From NCBI GenBank assembly GCA_017635515.1, contig JAGBLH010000250.1, positions 8,122-72,121 on the forward strand: a DNA stretch of 64,000 nt, read 5' to 3'. Below, one piece after another: positions 20,177 to 32,070 of the stretch; position 1 is the first letter of the stretch, and each line of letters starts with the position of its first letter. Source of the stretch: Selenomonas sp. (GTDB taxonomy: Bacteria > Bacillota > Negativicutes > Selenomonadales > Selenomonadaceae). The position numbers and the translations under genes were made by a program. The notes beneath the pieces are model-generated. The model ran no database searches, had not been told where the DNA came from, and saw nothing but the letters and a program-made list of their open reading frames with translations.

Positions 20177-20887
20177 TCAATCCATTGCCGGGGGCATTTC
20201 CGCCTTCACGGCAATGGAACCTTCCAACTGTCTGACTTCCGTAACTCTCATGCCCAGGGGAATCTTGTCGGGGCCAGCCAGGAGCACATCCCCGAACACA
20301 TCGCCGAAAAGCCCGTCCAGCTTGACTTTCCCCAGACGGCTGTTCTTGAGGGACAGATGCTCCATGCGGAAATACAGGGAACCTGCATCATCCACCACCT
20401 GCCCCGAAAGCTCAGCCTGGGACATCCTGCCCATGACCTTGACCTCGGCGGTGACCAAGACCCGCTCCGGGGTAATCTTCACCTGGACATTTTCCAGCTT
20501 GTCCACCCTGCGGGAGAGCACCTCCCGCAGGTTTTCCTCGTCAATGATGCCCTGCAAGGTCAGCTTCTCGGCTCTGGAAACCTTGAATTTCTCATCATCC
20601 AGGAGAGACGCCATATCTATATGAACATCCCTGCCCTCTAGGGTCAATTCCTTAACATAGACCTGCCCCACCTTGGCCTGATGAGTGACAGCCTGCAGAG
20701 TGTCAACCTGCCCCAGCAGCATTACAATGCTGGGAGAGGAATTGAGGCTGACCTGCGCATCCTTAGAAGCCAGTCTGTCCCCTATGCGGCGCTCAAGGGT
20801 AGAACTAACAACTTCAGGCAAAACGCCCTCAACCAGCACAGCCAAAACAACCAGCAAAAGGCTACCCGCTATAAAAAACTTACGCAT
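20177..20887 (-). CDS. DUF2993/LmeA-like lipid-binding protein
   Basis: N-terminal TM followed by a beta-rich tubular-like domain. Confidence 0.6.
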   Translation of the reverse strand: MRKFFIAGSLLLVVLAVLVEGVLPEVVSSTLERRIGDRLASKDAQVSLNSSPSIVMLLGQVDTLQAVTHQAKVGQVYVKELTLEGRDVHIDMASLLDDEKFKVSRAEKLTLQGIIDEENLREVLSRRVDKLENVQVKITPERVLVTAEVKVMGRMSQAELSGQVVDDAGSLYFRMEHLSLKNSRLGKVKLDGLFGDVFGDVLLAGPDKIPLGMRVTEVRQLEGSIAVKAEMPPAMD

Positions 20888-20900
20888 ATACGAACCCCCG

Positions 20901-21003
20901 GCGGCCCATGGATGGGCCGCTCCTGCGAACCTTTGGACTCGCGTGAAGCGATCCAGGTTCGCATTTTCTTTTTGGTTCTTTTCTTTGTATCAAAGAAAAG
21001 AAC
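20901..21003. repeat. Three-hairpin intergenic repeat, copy 2
   Basis: GCGGCCCATGGATGGGCCGC, a hairpin, then TTTGGTTCTTTTCTTTG-TAT-CAAAGAAAAGAAC; homologous to 9299-9405. Confidence 0.75.
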
Positions 21004-21024
21004 GGGCGCAGCCCCTTTCGCAAC

Positions 21025-22131
21025 TTAAATCTCGTGATTAGCCTTAGCCGCGAGGAAAGCCCGGATGAACGGATCAAGATCCCCATCCATCACCGCCTGG
21101 ACGTTGCCCGTTTCAGCACTGGTGCGATGGTCTTTGACCATAGTGTACGGCTGGAACACATAGGAACGGATCTGGCTGCCCCACTCTATCTTCTGCTGGT
21201 CGCCCTCAAGCTTGGCCAGCTCTGCTTCCTTCTTCTCCATCTCCAGCTCAAAGAGCTTGGCGCGGAGCATCTTGAGGCACTGCTCACGGTTCTGCAGCTG
21301 GGAACGCTCGTTCTGGCACTGCACCACGATGCCCGTAGGCTCATGGGTCATGCGGACAGCGGAGGAAGTCTTGTTGATGTGCTGGCCGCCGGCGCCGCTG
21401 GCGCGATAGGTATCCACCCGCACATCAGCCATATTGATATCCACTTCCACCGCATCATCAATCTCCGGCATGATATCGCAAGCGGAGAAAGAGGTGTGGC
21501 GGCGGGCATTGGCATCAAAGGGAGAAATGCGCACCAAACGGTGAATGCCCTTCTCGGACTTCAGAAAGCCGTAGGCATTGTGGCCCTTGATGAAAAGGGT
21601 GGCACTCTTGACACCAGCCTCATCGCCGGGCAAGAGGTCTGCCGTCTCCACGGTGAAGCCATGGCGCTCAGCCCAACGTCCGTACATGCGCAGGAGCATC
21701 TGGGTCCAGTCCTGTGCCTCAGTGCCACCTGCACCGGCATGAAGGGTCAGAATGGCGTTGTTGGCATCATAGGGGCCAGACAGCAAGACTTCCAGCTGCA
21801 GGGCCTCCAGCCCCTCGGCCACTTCGTCAAGCTCTGCCTTGACATCCTCTTCCATGGAGGGGTCATCTTCCTCCAGGCCCATTTCCAGCAAAGTCTCAGC
21901 ATCCTCGTGCTTCGAGCGCAGGGCCTTGTACTTGTCCACCCCGGATTTCAGGTCAGCAAGTTCCTGATTTATCTTCTGGGCAGCTTCCGCATCGTCCCAG
22001 AAGGTAGGCTCTCCCATCTTGTATTCCAGCTCGGCAATCTTCTCTTCCTTCACAGGAATTTCCAGAGCCTCGGCCATGTGGTCGAGTTTCTCCTTCAATT
22101 CGCCCAGCTGGGGCTTCAAATCTTCAAGCAT
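21025..22131 (-). CDS. prfB: Peptide chain release factor 2 (continuous ORF)
   Basis: RISPFD (SPF), ASGAGGQHINKT; start ATG 22131, 368 aa; downstream of secA. Confidence 0.96.
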   Translation of the reverse strand: MLEDLKPQLGELKEKLDHMAEALEIPVKEEKIAELEYKMGEPTFWDDAEAAQKINQELADLKSGVDKYKALRSKHEDAETLLEMGLEEDDPSMEEDVKAELDEVAEGLEALQLEVLLSGPYDANNAILTLHAGAGGTEAQDWTQMLLRMYGRWAERHGFTVETADLLPGDEAGVKSATLFIKGHNAYGFLKSEKGIHRLVRISPFDANARRHTSFSACDIMPEIDDAVEVDINMADVRVDTYRASGAGGQHINKTSSAVRMTHEPTGIVVQCQNERSQLQNREQCLKMLRAKLFELEMEKKEAELAKLEGDQQKIEWGSQIRSYVFQPYTMVKDHRTSAETGNVQAVMDGDLDPFIRAFLAAKANHEI

Positions 22132-22173
22132 TATATAAACCTTTCTTTTTGAGTTAGAATGAACACTGACCAT

Positions 22174-22367
22174 GGCGCAGGGCCTTTGGCCTTAGCGGAG
22201 CGTTAAGTTGCCTGGCGTTAAGCTTGATTTTTTTGTCAGCCAGACACCTAACAAAAAGCAGCGTCGTCCAAACGCAGTGCGTTCAGCTGCTTTTTGTGGT
22301 TTCACTAAAAGACAAAAAAATCAAGTAGCCAGGCAACGTGCGAAGCTAAGGCCATTGGCCCTGCGCC
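22174..22367. repeat. 194-bp imperfect palindrome (MITE/REP-like or structured RNA)
   Basis: Nested arms GGCGCAGGGCC/GGCCCTGCGCC, GGCCTTAGC/GCTAAGGCC, GTTGCCTGGC/GCCAGGCAAC, CTTGATTTTTTTGTC/GACAAAAAAATCAAG, ACAAAAAGCAGC/GCTGCTTTTTGT. Confidence 0.85.
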
Positions 22368-22381
22368 CCGCTAACTTCAAC

Positions 22382-25003
<2,622 letters not shown>

Positions 25004-25131
25004 GCAAATCACTCCTTCTCTTAGGTTCGCTACCCTACAATATTAGCAGACTGCCTATGATAAGTCAATTTCAACGCATATTAAAAGGCCCCCTCATGCG
25101 AGGGAGCCTCACTTCTCTCATTTAATTATGC

Positions 25132-25677
25132 TCATTCGCCGGACTCAATCAGGCCGTAGTCCCCATCATCACGGCGATAGACCACGTTGACATCCTCGGT
25201 CTCGGCATCCCTGTAGACAAAGAAGTTATGATTGAGGAGGTTCATCTGCATGATGGCTTCCTGCACATCCATGGGACGCACCATGAACTTCTTCTTCTTG
25301 ACTACGGCATACTCCTCGCCTTCATCACGGGGAGCCGTGATGGTAGCATCCTTGAATGCCTCGGCCTTGAGGCCGCCCTGGCGGAAGCGCCTGGAGAGCT
25401 TGGTCTTCTGCTTGTGGATCTGGCGTTCCAGTTTCTCTACCACCAAGTCGATAGAGGTGTACATATCCATGGTGGCTTCCTCACCGCGCAGGAGAATACC
25501 GCCCTGCACCGGCACGGTCACCTCTACGATATGACGACCCTTGGAAACAGCCAGAAGCACCGTTATCTCGCCCACATTCTCAAAGTACTTAGTGACTTTG
25601 CCGACCCTTTTCTCCACGTATTCACGCAGGGAGGGAGTGATCTCGATGTTCTTGCCTCTTACAGTGAATGTTGCCAT
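25132..25677 (-). CDS. hpf: Long ribosome hibernation promoting factor (RaiA/HPF)
   Basis: GKNIEITPSLREYVEKR, DMYTSIDLVVEKLERQ, PMDVQEAIMQMNLLNHNFFVY. Confidence 0.93.
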   Translation of the reverse strand: MATFTVRGKNIEITPSLREYVEKRVGKVTKYFENVGEITVLLAVSKGRHIVEVTVPVQGGILLRGEEATMDMYTSIDLVVEKLERQIHKQKTKLSRRFRQGGLKAEAFKDATITAPRDEGEEYAVVKKKKFMVRPMDVQEAIMQMNLLNHNFFVYRDAETEDVNVVYRRDDGDYGLIESGE

Positions 25678-25812
25678 ACGCCACATCCCCTTTCTTGTTT
25701 ATGTATATAGCTATTCTACACAGATGGGAAAATCCCTTCTGCCTATAAAAAAAATAACCCCACGCTCCTAAAAAGCATGGGGCTATCCTTGGTTATGCTA
25801 TTAAGGCTCCTA

Positions 25813-26013
25813 TCAAGCAGTCTTGACCACGTTGGCAGCCTGAGGACCACGAGCACCTTCCACGATCTCGAACTCCACATCCTGGCCCTCAACGAGAGTC
25901 TTGAAGCCTTCATCCTGAATAGCGGAGAAATGCACGAACACATCGTCGCCATCTTCACGAGCGATGAAGCCGTAGCCTTTTTCTGCACTGAACCATTTCA
26001 CTTTGCCTACCAT
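25813..26013 (-). CDS. Cold-shock protein
   Basis: [31 protein letters not shown]; 66 aa with a ~100-nt GC-rich leader. Confidence 0.95.
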   Translation of the reverse strand: MVGKVKWFSAEKGYGFIAREDGDDVFVHFSAIQDEGFKTLVEGQDVEFEIVEGARGPQAANVVKTA

Positions 26014-26187
26014 AGAGATTCCTCCTAAAAAACCGGCTATGCCTCCAAGCGTGGCACAGCTGCCTCGCCACATCCCCGTGGCGTCTTACTCAAGGGCACT
26101 GCCCTCACGAATCACTATTATAAAGAATATTTATCAATCTGTCAACCACGTCTTATGTTTCATAATTGTCTGCAATCTGCCGCAGCC

Positions 26188-27880
26188 TTAAATAATCTCA
26201 GCCTCTATTTTCCTCTGCAGCCGCTCCACGGCAATGTCCGCCAGGCAGTCACGCTGCTTGGGACAGGAACGCTGCCAGCAGTAAAGGCAGGAGCGTTCCA
26301 CCTCAAGGGCATTATCCAGCTGGCCGTAAGGGCCGTTGCGGTTGGCATCGGTGGTTCCCATCAGCATGAAGGTAGGCGTGCCGAGGCCGGAGGCAAGATG
26401 CACGGGGCCGGTATCACCGCCCACGCACAAGCGAGCCTGCTGCAAGATATAAGTCAATTGCTTGACATAGCTGCGGGCCTGAATCTTCCTTTTCAGGGGG
26501 CCATATTCCCGCAGGAAGCCTCGCAAGGACTTGAACTTTTTCTTTTCAAAAAGTTTTTCAAAGCGGCCTGAGCTGTCTTCCAGATTCACGATGCTGGCAG
26601 CTTCATCAAAGCCAAAGCCAAAGCCCTGCACCTCATCGTGGCCGTCACCATTTTGCAGGGCCACTTCTGCCCCCTTGGCGCCGGCCCAGATGATGATGAC
26701 ATCACGGCCCGCGCCGCCCCGGGCGATGTCCTCGCTGCCCAGGGTGATGGTATCCCGGCCTGTGCCGCCATAGAAGGTATCCCCCTCCCCATTGCCGCCG
26801 TCCTTCATGACGACGCCCTTGGTCTCGCTGCGCTTGTCCAGCACAGCCCTATCGCTGCCGGACCAGGCTGCCAGCTGCTTGTTGTTGCCGTTCTTGTCCG
26901 TCAGGCGGGCTTCATAGTAATCCTTCCCCTGCTCAGCCTCGGAAAGGTCAATGGCACCATTGGCCGCCAGCCCCTGGGCATAGGTCGTGCCATAGGTCAG
27001 CCAGCCATCCTCGGTGATGATAATCTCGTCAGGGTCCAAGGTACCTGATACCTTGGCAAGCTTTATGGTATCCTTTGAGACATCGTAGTTTTCGGGCCGC
27101 TTGGTCTTGCCCGGGGCAGATTTGATGGTCAGGGACCGGCTGGGGTCGGAGGGATAGAGTTCTTCCAGCATATCCTCATTGATGCCGGTTCCTTCCTCCA
27201 GCGGGGTGGTTTTCGTGACGCCGTCCGCTCCTGCCTTAATCCCAAGGTCGCCTTGGTAAAGGAAACACCCTGCCGAGGCTTCCAGGCTGGCGTTTTTGGG
27301 GATTACGAAAATGATTGGCCGTACCAGAAACTATGCCCTCAGCCCTTCCGCCAGCCAAAGGCTCTATCGTCAGTACACCTCCATAGCCCTCACCATTGTA
27401 CAGCCCGCGCAAAGTAAGCCCCTCGGAAGCTGCAACGGTAACCTCGCTAGTATTTCGTCCCGGCAGCGTAAGCCCCCCTTCTATCAAGCTGCAGCTTCTA
27501 TTTGCCGGGACAGTATCCCTGAGGAAAAAATCACTACCCTCTATCTCGAAGCACCCAATATCTTCCCCATTCTTGATGGTGCAGACTACTTTTCCGGCAT
27601 TTAAGACATTGACCGAACGCCGGGTATTTTTATTAGTTGCGTCGATATGGGGCACGCCGCTATCAGCATCCAGCGTCAATTGGGCCTGGGTATCGTCACC
27701 AGAATCCGGGATAGTCAATGTACCATATACCGTACCCGCACTGTCCTTCAGTGTTATGGTATCGTACTGGCGCATGCCAGAAAAATCCGGCAGGGTCAGG
27801 GTAACCTTGCTCCCATCTTTCACCACCGCCGTAACTTCAGTATTCGCAAACCTCTGCAGATCAAAAGCAAATCCCTTCAG
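26188..27880 (-). pseudogene. Frameshifted chimera: RTX-like Ca-binding surface protein fused to an internally deleted GT9 heptosyltransferase
   Basis: CTG start after GGGAGG giving (M)KGFAFDLQRFA; ORFs 27236..27826 and 26188..27171 join via a 1-nt shift near 27308-27311; GGTGRDTI and GGAGRDVI repeats; last ~120 aa match two separate blocks of 32071..33087. Confidence 0.7.
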
Positions 27881-27945
27881 GCCGCCCTCCCCGCTACGGC
27901 GTATTGTTTGCCCTTATTGTTTTGGCAATATTACTGCTTAACTAA

Positions 27946-28335
27946 TCACACTATATTGATTTTTTCTGGTTTTGGTGCGGGGATATTTCTCTTATTCAGA
28001 ATAACGTGACAATTTCTGTTCAATTCCCCAATATCTTTAGAAACAACTTCCCATGCAACCTCTGTATCCATCTCAATGTAATCATGTGTCAAACGATCAC
28101 GCATACCTGCAATAGCACGCCATGGTATATGCGAGTTTTCTGCCCTGAACTCTTTTGACAACTTCTTTACCAATTCGCCTATCTGCAAAATTGGCATAGA
28201 CAAAGCATTTTGCATCACAAAATTATTTTCAAATTCATCCTTGCTGACACTGTATGCTTCAATAGTTGTTTCTATTTGGTTGCAGTATTTTATGATGTGC
28301 TGTATTACTTGCTCATCTTTATTGGGAATCTCCAT
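27946..28335 (-). CDS. HEPN/DUF86 (HepT-like) ribonuclease toxin
   Basis: QIGELVKKL, IPWRAIAGMRDRLTHDY (Rx4H plus Y). Confidence 0.88.
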   Translation of the reverse strand: MEIPNKDEQVIQHIIKYCNQIETTIEAYSVSKDEFENNFVMQNALSMPILQIGELVKKLSKEFRAENSHIPWRAIAGMRDRLTHDYIEMDTEVAWEVVSKDIGELNRNCHVILNKRNIPAPKPEKINIV

Positions 28336-28630
28336 ATATCAGTACCTCGTCTCGTCTTATGCTGTCAATAAATGGTTTCGACAACCCCCCATTAGGCAGG
28401 CGAGTCATTAGGTCCACCTCACACCCCAATGCTTCCTTTAAGTCCATATAAAAACTGCCCACGGCAAAACCGACCAGTTTCTTGCTGTTGCCTCTATCCA
28501 CACGAATATCTACATCACTATTTTCATTCGCATCCCCCCTGGCATAAGAGCCAAAAAGGTAGGCATTCTTTACGTCATATTTTTTTAATATAGGCGTTAC
28601 ACGTTCTTTAATTTCGGATACCGTAAGCAT
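28319..28630 (-). CDS. Minimal nucleotidyltransferase (MntA-like antitoxin)
   Basis: LFGSYARGDANENSDVDI (GSx10DxD); overlaps the HEPN gene. Confidence 0.9.
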   Translation of the reverse strand: MLTVSEIKERVTPILKKYDVKNAYLFGSYARGDANENSDVDIRVDRGNSKKLVGFAVGSFYMDLKEALGCEVDLMTRLPNGGLSKPFIDSIRRDEVLIYGDSQ

Positions 28631-28731
28631 ATTCTCTCACCTTCTTATCCTACATAAAGCCAATGAGACATTAATATTATTTATGCTCTAATAATAAAAT
28701 ACCTCTCTGAAAAATGTCAAGATAAATCCAA

Positions 28732-28898
28732 CGCCCCAGTATCAGCAAATTGACTACAGACAGGGGGGGCACTCTCACGCCATGGGAGAGGTTCCCTCCC
28801 CTTTCTTGTCTCAAAGTCGGCCTGCCACCTATCCCTGCTAGGGATATAGGCAGTTATCAGTGATATGCCGCGTTCGCCCTGGGAAACAGCCCCCAGCA
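28732..28898 (-). ncRNA. Candidate multi-stem structured ncRNA with its own promoter
   Basis: TTGACG-18bp-TAGAAT with extended TG at 28905-28934; at least five complementary stems closing a multibranch structure. Confidence 0.55.
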
Positions 28899-28964
28899 GC
28901 GCCTATTCTATCACTACGCGGAACAAACCGTCAATCCTATACAGTAAGAACATCTCCCTCTATG

Positions 28965-29693
28965 TTACAGCACCTTGGAAAGAAAACTTCTAGTGCGCTC
29001 TTCTTTTGGATGCTCAAAGACTTCCTTCGGCACGCCCTGCTCGATAATGCGGCCCTCATCCACAAAGAGCAGCCTGTCCCCCACCTCCCTGGCAAAGCCC
29101 ATCTCATGGGTGACAATCACCATGGTCATGCCCTCTTTGGCCAAAGAGCGCATGACATCCAGCACCTCGCCCACCATCTCTGGGTCAAGAGCCGAGGTAG
29201 GCTCGTCAAAGAGCATCACCTTGGGGTGCATGGCCAGGGCCCTTGCAATAGCCACGCGCTGCTGCTGGCCGCCAGAGAGTTGGGGCGGATAGCTGTCAGC
29301 CTTCTCTGAGAGGCCCACCCGGGCCAGAAGTTCCTTGGCGGTCTTTTCCGCCTCGTCCTTAGTCACCTTTTTGACCTTCATGGGTGCCAGCATGATATTC
29401 TCCAGCACCGTCATATGTGGGAACAGGTTGAAGCGCTGGAACACCATGCCCACTTCCTCCCGCACCTTGTTGATGTGAGCCTCCCCGTCCAAGGGAATGC
29501 CGTCCACCGTCACCAGACCTGCTGTGGGCTGCTCCAGATAGTTCATGCAGCGCAGCAGGGTGGACTTGCCGGAACCGGAGGGGCCGATGATGACCACCAC
29601 TTCCCTGGCCTCTATGGAAAGGTCTATGCCCTTCAGCACCTCATTTTCACCGAAGGCTTTTTTCAGTCCTTTAATGTCTATCATCTGCTGCAA
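28965..29693 (-). CDS. Polar amino-acid ABC transporter ATP-binding protein (GlnQ/ArtR type)
   Basis: [43 protein letters not shown]. Confidence 0.93.
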   Translation of the reverse strand: MQQMIDIKGLKKAFGENEVLKGIDLSIEAREVVVIIGPSGSGKSTLLRCMNYLEQPTAGLVTVDGIPLDGEAHINKVREEVGMVFQRFNLFPHMTVLENIMLAPMKVKKVTKDEAEKTAKELLARVGLSEKADSYPPQLSGGQQQRVAIARALAMHPKVMLFDEPTSALDPEMVGEVLDVMRSLAKEGMTMVIVTHEMGFAREVGDRLLFVDEGRIIEQGVPKEVFEHPKEERTRSFLSKVL

Positions 29694-30336
29694 ACCTCTT
29701 TTCCAAATATGCCACGAAGCGGGAAATCGTCAGGGTCATAACGAGATATACGACAGCCACGCTGATCCATATCTCCAGAGAGCCATAAGTCTTGGCGATG
29801 ATCAGCTGCCCACGGCGGGTCAGTTCCTCAAAGCCGATAACGGACACCAGAGATGAGTCTTTCAGCAGGGCGATGAACTCATTGCCCAAAGGCGGGATAA
29901 CACGCTTGAAAGCCTGGGGCACGATGATGTAGCGCATGGTCTGCACCCAGGTCATGCCCAGGGAGCGGCCTGCCTCCATCTGCCCATTGTCTATAGACTG
30001 GATGCCCGCCCGGAAAATCTCTGCCACATAAGCGCCAGAGTTGATGCCGCAGGCGCCGATGGCAGCGATATAGGGGTCAATGCGCTGCCCTGTGATGACA
30101 GGCAGGGCAAAGTACACCAGGAAGATCTGCACCAGCAGTGGCGTACCGCGAAAGAAATCCACGTACACTGCCGCCAGCCACTCCAACGGCTTGATGCGGC
30201 AGATGCGGGCAATACCCACAAACAAGCCGATGATGACACCAACCGCCACGGACATGGCCGTGATCTTGATAGTGACCCCTGCGCCCAGAAGCAGCAATGG
30301 GAAGGAATTGACAACCAAATCGAAATTAAAGGACAT
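29671..30336 (-). CDS. Polar amino-acid ABC transporter permease
   Basis: [37 protein letters not shown]. Confidence 0.93.
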   Translation of the reverse strand: MSFNFDLVVNSFPLLLLGAGVTIKITAMSVAVGVIIGLFVGIARICRIKPLEWLAAVYVDFFRGTPLLVQIFLVYFALPVITGQRIDPYIAAIGACGINSGAYVAEIFRAGIQSIDNGQMEAGRSLGMTWVQTMRYIIVPQAFKRVIPPLGNEFIALLKDSSLVSVIGFEELTRRGQLIIAKTYGSLEIWISVAVVYLVMTLTISRFVAYLEKRFAADDRH

Positions 30337-30349
30337 AAGCCCACCTCTT

Positions 30350-30388
30350 CACGAATAATTATGCACATTTCTTGAATAACTATGTGAA
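30350..30388. promoter_or_regulatory. Tandem ARG-box-like operators upstream of the permease
   Basis: CACGAATAATTATGCACA-ttt-CTTGAATAACTATGTGAA, two 18-mers 3 bp apart. Confidence 0.5.
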
Positions 30389-30486
30389 TTATACACGTTG
30401 CCAGGTGTCCTGTCAACGTATACATACAAACAAACGCCATGCTCCATAAGAGTTAGAGCATGACGTTCATCATTGCCTTAGTTATC

Positions 30487-30594
30487 GCTAGTGAGTGAGG
30501 GACATGGGTATGGCATAAGCGAAACGTGTGAAATTTTTCCGCAGGAAAAATCTCAAGTGAAGCGTTGCCATACCCATGTCCCGAGCGCCTTAGC
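30487..30594. repeat. 108-bp imperfect palindrome
   Basis: Perfect 17-bp arms GGGACATGGGTATGGCA (30499-30515) and TGCCATACCCATGTCCC (30566-30582); inner ATTTTTCC-GCA-GGAAAAAT. Confidence 0.8.
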
Positions 30595-30605
30595 ATGTGC
30601 CAGGC

Positions 30606-31403
30606 TTACTTCTTGACGCCACCGAACCACTTGTCGTAAATCTTCTGGTACTCGCCATTGTCCTTGAGCTTCTTCAGGGCAGCGTTGATTTCCTTCTGGA
30701 GATCAGCATTGTCCTTGCTCATGGCAATGCCGTAGTTCTCAGCGGTGAGCTTTTCGGGCAATTCCTTCACGCCGGTGGCGCCGCTCTTGGTGATGTAGTA
30801 CTCATTCACCGGCTTGTCGTTCACCACTGCGTCCACACCGTTTGCCTTCAGCTCCATGAAGCAGTCAGCCGGAGTGTTGAGCTCCTTGATCTCCACGCCG
30901 TCCAATTTCTTGACTTCCTCGGCGCTGGTGGTGCCGATCTGCACAGCTACCTTCTTGCCCTTGAGGTCCTGGAAGCTCTTGATGCTCTCCTCACTGTCCT
31001 TGACGATCATGGTGAGGCCTGCCTCATAGTAGGGGTCAGAGAAATTCACATTCTTCTGGCGCTCCTCGTTGATAGTCATGCCGGAGATGATGGCATCGAT
31101 GTTCTTGGCCTGCAGGGCAGGAATCAGGCCGTCAAAGCCCATATCCTGAATCTCCACCTCGCGGCCCATTTCCTTGGCCACAGCGCGGATAAGGTCCATA
31201 TCGAAGCCCTGGAAATCCTTCTTGGTCTCATCCTGGAACTCGAAAGGTGCAAAGTCAGCCGAGCAGCCCACGCGCAGCACCTTGGCTCCTGAAGCAGCCC
31301 CGCTACCGGAAGTTGCCTGCTGACCACCGCCGCAACCGGTGAAAGCAGCCACGCTCAATGCGCAGGCAGCAGCTACTGCCAACAATTTCTTGAATTTGAA
31401 CAT
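30606..31403 (-). CDS. Basic/polar amino-acid ABC transporter substrate-binding lipoprotein
   Basis: Lipobox FTGC, ADFAPFEF, GFDMDL, MTINEER, VQIGTT. Confidence 0.92.
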   Translation of the reverse strand: MFKFKKLLAVAAACALSVAAFTGCGGGQQATSGSGAASGAKVLRVGCSADFAPFEFQDETKKDFQGFDMDLIRAVAKEMGREVEIQDMGFDGLIPALQAKNIDAIISGMTINEERQKNVNFSDPYYEAGLTMIVKDSEESIKSFQDLKGKKVAVQIGTTSAEEVKKLDGVEIKELNTPADCFMELKANGVDAVVNDKPVNEYYITKSGATGVKELPEKLTAENYGIAMSKDNADLQKEINAALKKLKDNGEYQKIYDKWFGGVKK

Positions 31404-31510
31404 ATTTAGTCCCCCTTGACAATAAGAGAAGCCCGGACACGCTGCCGGGCCTCACCTTCACGCAACACCATATATTTTATAGCAATGTTACACTTTATGC
31501 AAATATGCTT

Positions 31511-31798
31511 TTATGCCTCAGCACGACGCTTGTTGAAACAGTCACGGCAGTAAACCGGACGGTCATTCTTCGGCTCGAAGGGCACCTCGGTCTCCTTGCC
31601 GCAGTCAGCGCAAGTAACCTTGAACATCTGGCGCTGCTCACCGCCATCACGGCTGCGGCGGCGCTTGTCGCGGCAGTCACGGCAGCGTGCCGGCTCATTC
31701 TCGAAACCCTTCTCGGCATAGAATTCCTGCTCACCGGCGGTGAAAGTGAACTCCTTGCCACACTCTTTGCACACTAAAGTCTTGTCTTCGAAAGCCAT
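31511..31798 (-). CDS. Double zinc-ribbon protein (CxxC-x17-CxxC type)
   Basis: DKTLVCKECGKEFTFTAGEQEFY...CRDCR; CADCG...VPFEP...VYCRDCF. Confidence 0.88.
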   Translation of the reverse strand: MAFEDKTLVCKECGKEFTFTAGEQEFYAEKGFENEPARCRDCRDKRRRSRDGGEQRQMFKVTCADCGKETEVPFEPKNDRPVYCRDCFNKRRAEA

Positions 31799-32070
31799 AC
31801 GATAATCCCCTTACTGAAAAATTATAGTTAACCTGCGTCCCATATCTGTTAACGATTCTCGAACGCCTACTCGACAGTATACCACAAGCCAGCAGAAAAT
31901 GCAAATTATTTGTGAGTTATATGAATATTGTTGGCATTTTTTTGCCCAGTTATACTTCATTTGCATAGTATACATCGACAAAAACAGTTCCACGGCGTTA
32001 TAATTATGCTAAATAAATTCAACTGCAGCACACATCCGAGCAGAAAGGAGAAACCTGAAAAGGTACTGTT

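Noticed and set aside
22174-22367. Palindrome as 6S RNA or raiA-motif RNA
   Set aside because: Similar length, but no central bubble or conserved sequence I recognise, and no promoter of its own
26014-26120. Structured 5' leaders of csp and ompM (13390-13490)
   Set aside because: Expected for cold-shock and abundant outer-membrane mRNAs; not unusual
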